Positions 1 to 10,899 of a DNA stretch of 23,585 nt are shown here, one piece after another. The stretch is from Eledone cirrhosa (taxonomy: Eukaryota): contig CAXHJY010001313.1 in NCBI GenBank assembly GCA_964016885.1, positions 1 through 23,585 on the forward strand, read 5' to 3'. Under the pieces are notes generated by a model. The model was not told the origin of the DNA and searched no databases. It was given only the letters and a program-made list of their open reading frames with translations. How positions within the stretch are numbered: position 1 is the stretch's first letter; every line of letters starts with the position of its first letter. Both the position numbers and the translations under genes were made by a program.

Positions 1-215
<215 letters not shown>

Positions 216-412
216 GTTTTTAATATAGATGAGTTTCTACAGGACTAGAACTGTTTCATTCTTTAGAAATCATCTGATTCCTGATGATTTCCTAAAGAAT
301 GAAACAGTTCTAGTCCTGTAGAATATCATCTATATTAAAACTTTTATACTCTGCAATGTATTGAGTACCTTACTTACTGTGGTTACCTCCGATTCAACCC
401 GGAATAACGTAC
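216..412 (+). mobile_element. Palindromic Penelope-like pseudo-LTR relic
   Basis: ~58-bp near-perfect inverted arms (216-274 / 283-341), a hammerhead-like core, and a ~70-nt unique tail, flanked by TA on both sides. Confidence 0.6.
277..324 (+). ncRNA. Type I hammerhead ribozyme-like motif
   Basis: ATTC-CTGATGA(281-287)-tTTCctaaaGAAt-GAAA(301-304)-CAG-ttctagtc-CTG-TA^-GAAT. Stems I and III pair; stem II opens with a non-canonical U-U. Confidence 0.6.
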
Positions 413-486
413 TATATAATATATATATATATATAAATATATATGTATATATTTATATAAAATATATATATATATATAAAATATAT

Positions 487-530
<44 letters not shown>

Positions 531-617
531 ATATAATATATATATATATAATATAAATATATATATATAAATATATATATATAAATATATATATATATAA
601 TTATATATATATAATAT

Positions 618-649
<32 letters not shown>

Positions 650-687
650 ATATATATATATAATATATATATATATTATATAATATA
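413..687. repeat. Imperfect (TA)n microsatellite
   Basis: Direct reading. Confidence 0.98.
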
Positions 688-970
688 TCTCAGACCGGGG
701 TGAGTGTTGTTTCCTTGAGCAAGACACTTTATTTCACATTGCTCCAGTTTACTCAGCTGTAGAAATGAGATGATAGGGACTGGGGTCCCTATCATTCCAC
801 TGCAAAGTGGTCGTGGAGGTGCCACGGCAAAAAGCACCCAGCACTCACTGTAAATGAGGTTGGTGTTAGGAAGGGCATCCAGCTGTAGAAATCAAGCCAG
901 AATCAGTTCCCGTCTCACCCTTGCAAGCAGGAAAAGTGGACGTAAAATGAAATGATGATGATGATGATGA
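688..970 (+). mobile_element. 5'-truncated tRNA/CORE-type SINE
   Basis: Aligns to 8823-9094. Has the CORE-like segment CCTTGAGCAAGACACTT...CAGTTTACTCAGCTGTAGAAATGAG and an (ATG)n tail. Confidence 0.85.
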
Positions 971-997
971 TATATATAATATATATATATAAAATAT

Positions 998-1033
<36 letters not shown>

Positions 1034-1035
1034 AT

Positions 1036-3928
1036 ATCATCATCATCACCGTTTTACGTCCCGTTCTTCCACGCTAGCATGGGTTAGACGGGTTGTCCTG
1101 TTGTGGGCAGTGCTTGGTCGGCTGACCATGCCTTGCTCATACAGGAACTGATCTGGCTTGATTTCTACAGCTGGATGCCCTTCCTAACACCAACCTCATT
1201 TACAGTGAGTGCTGGGTGCTTTTTCGTGGCGCCTACACGTCCACTTTACAGTGTGGGCTGGGTGCTTTTTTGCCGTGGCACCTCCACGACCACCTTGCGG
1301 TGGGGGGGGGGGGAGCATATTGTTTATATGCTTCAGCATGTACCCATGGGAGGTCGGGTACCCTGTATTACTGCGTGACGACAGAAGTCACGGTCGTGTG
1401 TCATTGACTTTGAGAGGTGTAGTTGGGTAAGGTCGGCTTTTATCACCTCATCCAAGTCATCTTGGGTCTCCCCACTCCGCGGTTTCCATCAACTTCTAGT
1501 GCTCTGCACCTTTTTATGCAGCTGTCATCCTTCATACGCATCACATGTCCATACCAGCGTAACCGCCCTCTCCTGCACGCAGCATTTGATTCCTCTTATG
1601 CTCAGTCTCTCTCTCAATTCATTTATGCTTTGTCGTTCACGTATATTACTGTTACACATCCATCGGAGCATGCAGGCTTCGTTTCTCTCTAATCTACGTA
1701 AGTCTTCCACCTTCAGCGCCCAGGTCTCACTACCATGCAACATCGCTGTTCGGATACACGCATCATACAGTCTGCCTTTCATTCTGAGGGAGAAGCCTTT
1801 TGCAGCTAGCAGTGGTAGTAGTTCCCTAAACTTCTTCCATCCCGTTCTTACCCTAGTTATTGTACTTTCTGAGCACCCACCTCCGTTGCTAATTCGGTCA
1901 CCTAGGTAGCAGAAGCTGTCTACTGTTTCTACAGGGCCCTCCCAGAGATTGGTGGTACTTGTTTCCTGTGGCTGTTTGCTTGCTGTTTCAGCACAGCTGC
2001 TGCATGTGAATCCTACATTCTTAATTAAGCTTCCTGAGATCCCGCTACATCTCTTGTGTACCCATTGTTTGCATTTGGGGCAAAGAATGGAGTTCCTACC
2101 TACACCTTTCCTACATACTGAGCAAGGCCATTTCCCTGAGGGGATCTGGGTTCTGTTTTCTCGTCTACTTATAAGGACCCTTAGTCTTTGTCATGTTGAC
2201 TTTGAGGCCCTTTCTCTCTAGTCCCTGCTTCCAGGTTTGGAATTTATTCTCTAGTTCTACCATAGATTCAGCTATGAGTGCGAGGTCATCAGCATACAGG
2301 AGTTCCCATGGGCATCCGGTCTTAAACTCCTCCGTTATTGCCTGCAGGACTATGATGAACAGGAGAGGGCTAAGAACAGAGCCCTGGTGGACCCCAACCT
2401 GTACGCTAAATTCCTCGCTATACTCATTGCCAATCCTAACTTTGCTGACTGCTCCCCTATACATGGCTTGTACCGCTTTCACAAGCCATTCATCTACTCC
2501 TAGTTTTCTAAGAGCCCACCAGATTACTGCACGTGGAACTCTGTCAAAGGCTTCTCAAGGTCGACAAATGCCAAGTAGAGTGGCTTACTTTTAGCTAGGT
2601 ACTTTTCCTGTAATTGCCTCACAAGGAAGAGCGCATCAGTGGTGCCTTTCCCTGGAACAAACCCAAATTGCATCTCGTCTATATTCACACCGGTCCCTAA
2701 TCAGCTGTGCTATAACTCTTTCTGTTACTTTCATGACCTGGTCCATCAACTTTATACCTCTATAGTTTCCTCTATCTAGTGCATCGCCTTTACCTTTGTA
2801 GCAGTTGACAATGATGCTACTGCACCAATCTTTTGGTATGGCCCCCTCTAGTATTACCTGGTTAACGATACGTGTGGTTATAGTGTGACCTACAGACCCA
2901 GATGCCTTCAGCATCTCGGCAGCTATACCCGATGGACCGGTTGCCTTCCCTATCTTCATATCTCTGATTGCCTTACTTACTACGCTGCCGCTGACTTGTA
3001 CTGCTGGTCCCTCTATAGGGTCTACGTGGGGTAGGGTCTCTTCTTCCCATGCATTCTCCTCATTTAGTAATCTATCATAATGACTCTTCATGCATCTTTC
3101 TTCTCAGCACTTGTGAGGGCAAGCTCACCTTTATCATTCTGGATACACTTCTCTCCAATGACATCACAACTATCTCTGACACACTGCCTCGCAATCTTGA
3201 ATACCTCCTGTTTCTGGTCCTCACGTTGTAAAACATGCTTGAATTTTCTATCCTCTGCTTCCCTCCTAGCTAAGTATACTTGTCGCCTAGCTTCCTCTTG
3301 GTCTCTATGTAATGTACCCTGCTCCCCCCGTTCTTCCATTCTTTCCATGCCTGTCTCTTGGCCTTGACTGCTTCATCTACCTTATTGTTCCACCACCAAG
3401 TCACTCTCCTCCTGCTTGAGGTCTTACTCCAGCCACAAACCTCATCCGTCGCCTCTAGTAAGTTATTTTTTAGGAACTCCCAGTTCTCTTCTACGTTAAA
3501 TGTCTCTATCTGTTCTTCTTTACTGTCGTAGGCGTTGAGTAAAATATCTTTAAATCTGTTACTGGTTGAGGGGACTTTCAGCTTCCAGATCTTTCTTCTC
3601 CAGGTTGGCCTCTGTTTCAGGGGCTCGTCTAGTTCTGACCGTGAGGTCGCTGACAACTAAGCTATGTTGGATGTACATTCCTCACTAGGGAAGGCTTTTG
3701 TGTTTACGACCGTCCATCTGTCACGTCCTCTGATGAGGATAAAATCTAACTGACTAGAGTGCTCCCCTGATCTATAGGTGATCAGGTGGTTGTCGGGTTT
3801 TTTTAAAGTTTGTGTTACATATCGACATGTCATTGGCGTCGCAGAATTCTAGAAGTCTGAATCCTTCCTCATTCCTTGTGCCAACTCCATGGCCTCCATG
3901 TACTCTATTGAAGCCGTCGCAGTGTTTA

Positions 3929-3930
<2 letters not shown>
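1036..3930 (-). mobile_element. RTE-clade LINE family A, copy 1 (5'-truncated)
   Basis: Minus strand reads the C-terminal AP-endonuclease (GVGTRNEEGFRLLEFC...QLDFILIR), RT motifs (YKGKGD..NYRGI, QGSVLSPLLF, YADD), LRWYGHV-type C-terminus, 3'UTR and (ATG)n tail. Confidence 0.95.
1333..3930 (-). pseudogene. Frameshifted RTE ORF (APE C-terminus, RT, PHD-like finger)
   Basis: ORF pieces 3270-3656, 3088-3348, 2636-3091, 2165-2482 and 1525-1782 are collinear with copy 2. The many small indels may partly be sequencing error. Confidence 0.9.
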
Positions 3931-3981
<51 letters not shown>

Positions 3982-3984
3982 TAT

Positions 3985-4028
<44 letters not shown>

Positions 4029-4064
4029 TATATATATAATATATATATATATATATTAATATAT

Positions 4065-4096
<32 letters not shown>

Positions 4097-4161
4097 ATAT
4101 TATATATATATATAATATAATATATATATATATAATATATATATAATATATATATATATAT

Positions 4162-4205
<44 letters not shown>

Positions 4206-4323
4206 ATATATATATATATATAATATATATATATAATATATATATAATATATATATAATATATATAATATATATATATATATAAAATATATATATATATA
4301 ATATATATATATATATAAAATAT
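3931..4323. repeat. (TA)n spacer between the inverted LINE copies
   Basis: Direct reading. Confidence 0.98.
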
Positions 4324-6753
4324 CTCTAGTCAGTTAGATTTTTATCCTCATCAGAGGATGTGACAGATGGACGGTCGTAAACACAAAAGCCTTCCCTAGT
4401 GAGGAATGTACATCCCAACATAGCTTAGTTGTCAGTGACCTCACGGTCAGAACTAGACGAGCCCTGAAACAGAGGCCAACCTGGAGAAGAAAGATCTGGA
4501 AGCTGAAAGTCCCCTCAACCAGTAACAGATTTAAAGATATTTTACTCAACGCCTACGACAGTAAAGAAGAACAGATAAAGACATTTAACGTAGAAGAGAA
4601 CTGGGAGTTCCTAAAAAATAACTTACTAGAGGCGACGGATGAGGTTTGTGGCTGGAGTAAGACCTCAAGCAGGAGGAGAGTGACTTCGTGGTGGAACAAT
4701 AAGGTAGATGAAGCAGTCAAGGCCAAGAGACAGGCATGGAAAGAATGAAGAACGGGGGGAGCAGGGTACATTACATAGAGACCAAGAGGGAAGCTAGGCG
4801 ACAAGTATACTTAGCTAGGAGGGAAGCAGAGAGGATAGAAAATTCAAGCATGTTTTACAACGTGAGGACCAGAAACAGGAGGTATTCAAGATTGCGAGGC
4901 AGTGTGTCAGAGATAGTTGTGATGTCATTGGAGAGAAGTGTATCCGGAATGATAAAGGTGAGCTTGCCCTCACAAGTGCTGAGAAGAAAGATGCATGGAA
5001 GAGTCATTATGATAGATTACTAAATGAGGAGAATGCATGGGAAGAAGAGACCCTACCCCACGTAGACCCTATAGAGGGACCAGCAGTACAAGTCAGCGGC
5101 AGCGTAGTAAGTAAGGCAATCAGAGATATGAAGATAGGGAAGGCAACCGGTCCATCGGGTATAGCTGCCGAGATGCTGAAGGCATCTGGGTCTGTAGGTC
5201 ACACTATAACCACACGTATCGTTAACCAGGTAATACTAGAGGGGGCCATACCAAAAGATTGGTGCAGTAGCATCATTGTCAACTGCTACAAAGGTAAAGG
5301 CGATGCACTAGATAGAGGAAACTATAGAGGTATAAAGTTGATGGACCAGGTCATGAAAGTAACAGAAAGAGTTATAGCACAGCTGATTAGGGACCGGGTG
5401 AATATAGACGAGATGCAATTTGGGTTTGTACCAGGGAAAGGCACCACTGATGCCCTCTTCCTTGTGAGGTAATTACAGGAAAAGTACCTAGCTAAAAGTA
5501 AGCCACTCTACTTGGCATTTGTCGACCTTGAGAAAGCCTTTGACAGAGTTCCACGTGCAGTAATCTGGTGGGCTCTTAGAAAACTAGGAGTAGATGAATG
5601 GCTTGTGAAAGCGGTACAAGCCATGTATAGGGGAGCAGTCAGCAAAGTTAGGATTGGCAATGAGTATAGCGAGGAATTTAGCGTACAGGTTGGGGTCCAC
5701 CAGGGCTCTGTTCTTAGCCCTCTCCTGTTCATCATAGTCCTGCAGGCAATAACGGAGGAGTTTAAGACCGGATGCCCATGGGAACTCCTATATGCTGATG
5801 ACCTCGCACTCATAGCTGAATCTATGGTAGAACTAGAGAATAAATTCCAAACCTGGAAGCAGGGACTAGAGAGAAAGGGCCTCAAAGTCAACATGACAAA
5901 GACTAAGGTCCTTATAAGTAGACGAGAAAACAGAACCCAGATCCCCTCAGGGAAATGGCCTTGCTCAGTATGTAGGAAAGGTGTAGGTAGGAACTCCATT
6001 CTCTGCCCCAAATGCAAACAATGGGTACACAAGAGATGTAGCGGGATCTCAGGAAGCTTAATTAAGAATGTAGGATTCACATGCAGCAGCTGTGCTGAAA
6101 CAGCAAGCAAACAGCCACAGGAAACAAGTACCACCAATCTCTGGGAGGGCCCTGTAGAAACAGTAGACAGCTTCTGCTACCTAGGTGACCGAATTAGCAA
6201 CGGAGGTGGGTGCTCAGAAAGTACAATAACTAGGGTAAGAACGGGATGGAAGAAGTTTAGGGAACTACTACCACTGCTAGCTGCAAAAGGCTTCTCCCTC
6301 AGAATGAAAGGCAGACTGTATGATGCGTGTATCCGAACAGCGATGTTGCATGGTAGTGAGACCTGGGCGCTGAAGGTGGAAGACTTACGTAGATTAGAGA
6401 GAAACGAAGCCTGCATGCTCCGATGGATGTGTAATAGTAATATACGTGAACGACAAAGCATAAAGGAATTGAGAGAGAGACTGAGCATAAGAGGAATCAA
6501 ATGCTGCGTGCAGGAGAGGCGGTTACGCTGGTATGGACATGTGATGCGTATGAAGGATGACAGCTGCATAAAAAGGTGCAGAGCACTAGAAGTTGATGGA
6601 AACCGCGGAGTGGGGAGACCCAAGATGACTTGGGATGAGGTGATAAAAGCCGACCTTACCCAACTACACCTCTCAAAGTCAATGACACACGACCGTGACT
6701 TCTGGCGTCACGCAGTAATACAGGGTACCCGACCTCCCATGGGTACATGCTGA
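4324..6753 (+). pseudogene. RTE ORF remnant; 5128-6753 is one frame broken by a TAA at 5470-5472
   Basis: FVDLEKAFDRV, GVHQGSVLSPLLF, LLYADD, FCYLG, LHGSETW, LRWYGHV, GRP..TW. The TAA corresponds to CAA in copy 1. Confidence 0.92.
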
Positions 6754-7048
6754 AGCATATAAACAATATGCCCCCCCTCCCCCCCCACCGCAAGGTGGTC
6801 GTGGAGGTGCCACGGCAAAAAAGCACCCAGCCCACACTGTAAAGTGGACGTGTAGGCGCCACGAAAAAGCACCCAGCACTCACTGTAAATGAGGTTGGTG
6901 TTAGGAAGGGCATCCAGCTGTAGAAATCAAGCCAGATCAGTTCTTGTATGAGCAAGGCATGGACAGCCGACCAGACACTGCCCACAACAGGACAACCCGT
7001 CTAACCCATGCTAGCGTGGAAGAACGGACATAAAACGGTGATGATGAT
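4324..7048 (+). mobile_element. RTE-clade LINE family A, copy 2 (5'-truncated)
   Basis: Reverse complement of 1036-3759 at roughly 99% identity by eye; ends GGTGATGATGAT then (AT)n. Confidence 0.95.
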
Positions 7049-7409
<361 letters not shown>

Positions 7410-7528
7410 AACGAAGGAAATGTGGTAAGGAACCAGGTGGACCATAACGCACCAAAGTACTCAATACTTGAGGTAGTAGAGTGTGTAATAGGAACCAGTA
7501 AGACTGTCGGGGTCTTACTGGTTCCTAT
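7410..7528 (-). mobile_element. Short Penelope-like pLTR relic with terminal hairpin
   Basis: Perfect 17-bp inverted repeat 7488-7504 / 7512-7528. Same family as 23537-23585. Shares GTATTGAGTAC with 358-368. Confidence 0.55.
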
Positions 7529-7568
7529 ATATATAATATATATATGTATATATATATATAAAATATAT

Positions 7569-7613
<45 letters not shown>

Positions 7614-7725
7614 AATATATAAAATATATATATATATTATATATATATATATATGAAATAAATATATAAAATATATATATATATTATATATATATATATA
7701 TATATAAAATAAATATATAAAATAT

Positions 7726-7768
<43 letters not shown>

Positions 7769-7778
7769 AATATATAAA

Positions 7779-7825
<47 letters not shown>

Positions 7826-8149
7826 TATATATGTATAATATATATATATATAAAATATATATATATGTATAATATATATATATATAAATATATAAAATAT
7901 ATATATATGTATAATATATATATATATATATAAAATATATGTATAATATATATATATATAAATATATAAAATATATATATATGTATAATATATATATATA
8001 TATAAAATATATATATATGTATAATATATATATATATATATAAAATATATATATATGTATAATATATATATATATATATAAAATATATATATATGTATAA
8101 TATATATATATATAAATATATAAAATATATATATATGTATAATATATAT

Positions 8150-8181
<32 letters not shown>

Positions 8182-8236
8182 AAATATATATATATGTATA
8201 ATATATATATATAAATATATAAAATATATATATATG

Positions 8237-8312
<76 letters not shown>

Positions 8313-8313
8313 A

Positions 8314-8352
<39 letters not shown>

Positions 8353-8436
8353 TATAAAATATATATATATGTATAATATATATATATATATAATATATAT
8401 ATATATATAAAATATATATATATGTATAATATATAT

Positions 8437-8487
<51 letters not shown>

Positions 8488-8634
8488 ATATATATGTATG
8501 TATATATATATGTATGTATATATATATGTATGTATATATGTATGTATGTATATATATATGTATGTATATATGTATATATATATATATGTATGTATATATA
8601 TATGTATATATACATATATAAATGTATGTATATA

Positions 8635-8681
<47 letters not shown>

Positions 8682-8686
8682 GTATA

Positions 8687-8760
<74 letters not shown>
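7529..8760. repeat. Compound (TA)n microsatellite with higher-order units
   Basis: GTATAA(TA)nAAA(TA)n unit repeated in ~7830-8440; TATG variants from ~8480. Confidence 0.97.
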
Positions 8761-8763
<3 letters not shown>

Positions 8764-9094
8764 AGGCACATGGCTTAGTGGTTAGAGCATTGGCCTTGCA
8801 ATCAAACGGTTGTGAGTTCAATTCTCAGCCCGGGTGATGGGTTGTTTCCTTGCGCAAGACACTTTATTTCACATTGCTCCAGTTTACTCAGCTGTAGAAA
8901 TGAGATGATAGGACTGGGGTCCATATCATTCCATTGCAAAGTGGTCGTGGAGGTGCCACGCCAAAAAAGCACCCAGCACTCACTGTAAATGAGGTTGGTG
9001 TTAGTAAGGGTATCCAGCTGTAGAAATCAAGCCAGAATCAGTTCTCGTCCTACCCTTGCAAGCAGGGAAAAGCGAACGTGAAATGAAATGATGA
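8761..9094 (+). mobile_element. Full-length tRNA-derived CORE-type SINE
   Basis: Pol III A box TGGCTTAGTGG (8771-8781), B box GAGTTCAATTC (8814-8824), CORE-like segment ~8845-8903, RTE-like 3' end and ATG tail. Confidence 0.9.
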
Positions 9095-9104
9095 TATATA
9101 TAAA

Positions 9105-9136
<32 letters not shown>

Positions 9137-9150
9137 TATATATATATAAA

Positions 9151-9184
<34 letters not shown>

Positions 9185-9198
9185 TATATATATATAAA

Positions 9199-9230
<32 letters not shown>

Positions 9231-9244
9231 AAATATATATATAT

Positions 9245-10738
9245 ATCATCATCATCATTTTATGTCCGCTTTTCCCTGCTTGCAAGGGTGGGACGCTTCT
9301 TATTCAGCACAGCATCTCTCCACTCGTCACGGCCCTTCGTCATCTCCTCTGTGAGCTTCAATGATCTGAGGTCTGCCCTCACCATCTCCGTCCATGTTTT
9401 TCAAGGTCTACCTCTACCACGTCTTCCTTCAACTGGCAATTCCTGGCACTTCTTCACCCATCGGTCATCCTCCATGCGCATCACATGTCCATACCACCGC
9501 AGTCTCTTCTCCCGTACACTACATTCTATCCCTCTCAAACACAGTTTCTCTCTCAACACATTTATGCTGGGTCGTTCATGCACATTTACACTGCACATCC
9601 AACGGAGCATGCTTGCCTCATTTCTCTCCAGCCGTCGCATATCCCCTGCAGTTGCTGCCCATGTCTCACTACCATGCAGCATCGCGCTCCTCACACAGGC
9701 ATCATACAACCGGCCTTTCGTACGCATGGAGAAACCCTTCTTCGTCAACAGAGGAAGCAGCTCCCTAAACTTCTTCCAACCCATCCTTATTCTAGATACT
9801 ATGGCCTTGGAACACCCTCCTCCCATGCTAATCTGATCTCCTAGGTACCGGAAGCTATCCGCCACTTCTATAGCGCCCTCCTGCATCTGAAAAATGTGTC
9901 TATCAATGCGACTTCTACTGTCTAATTTCCCTGTACATCTACTGCATACATATTTCTCCCTACCTGTTAGTTTGCCTGCTATCCCACTACATCTCTTGTG
10001 TACCCAGGATCTGCATTGTGTGCATTTTATAGAATTTATGCTAGTTCCTTTTCTGCATATCGAACATGGCCATTTCCCTGACGGAATCAGGGTTTTGTCC
10101 TCTTTTCTACTCATCAACACTTTTGTCTTAGCTAGGTTCACTCTCAGTCCTCTTGCTTCCAACTGCTGTTTCCATAGCCAGAATTTATTCTCTAGCTCCT
10201 CTACTGATTCTGCTATAAGAACCAGATCGTCAGCATAGAGAAGTTCCCATGGACAGCCAGTCTTAAACTCCTCTGTTATGGCTTGGAGGACTACAATGAA
10301 CAAGAGCGGGCTGAGGACCGAACCTTGATGTACTACTTGTATCTAGAATTCCTCACTAAACTCCTTTCTTACCCTGACTTTACTGAGAGTACCCCTGTAC
10401 AAAGTTTGCACTGTCCTCACAAGCCATTCCTCAACACGTAGCTTCCTTAGGGACCACCAGATGACAGATCGGGGTACCTTATCAAAGGCCTTCTCTAGGT
10501 CAACAAAGGCTAAGTATAGTGGCTTATTTTTCTCTAAGAACCTCTCTTGCAATTGTCTCACCAAGAAGAGGGCATCTGTTGTACTCTTCCCAGGCACAAA
10601 ACCAAACTGCATCTCATCTAGTTTGACCCTTTCTCTAATTAGTTGTGCTAATATCCTTTCTGCCAATTTCATAACCTGACCCATCAGTTTGATACCCCTA
10701 TAATTGCTCCTCTCCAGAGCAACCCCTTTACCTTTGTA
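9245..10738 (-). mobile_element. RTE-clade LINE family B, 5'-truncated, with in-frame stops
   Basis: ORFs 10343-10945 (RT part only to ~10738) and 9401-10303 share one frame, separated by a TAG; a further TGA at 9401-9403. RT motifs, PHD-like finger and (ATG)n tail present. Confidence 0.95.
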
Positions 10739-10749
10739 TATATATAAAG

Positions 10750-10849
10750 GACGAAGGACCGTGACGAGTGGAGAGATGCTGTGCTGAATAAGACCCGTCC
10801 CACCCTTGCAAGCAGGGAAAAGCGGACGTAAAAGGATGATGATGATGAT
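10750..10849 (+). mobile_element. 3'-terminal 100-bp fragment of RTE family B
   Basis: Matches 22088-22196 and the reverse complement of 9245-9341. Confidence 0.93.
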
Positions 10850-10899
10850 ATATATATATAACCAGTCAATTAACACAATCAGATATACACACACATATT

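Noticed and set aside
3730-3736. CTGATGA antisense to the RTE ORF as a hammerhead
   Set aside because: No stem II-GAAA-stem III follows.
5508-6623. Long antisense ORFs over the RTE RT (also 1499-2594, 9288-9836)
   Set aside because: Shadow frames of the LINE ORF with no recognisable motifs.
8761-8830. tRNA gene
   Set aside because: A and B boxes are present but there is no complete cloverleaf, and it continues into a SINE body.
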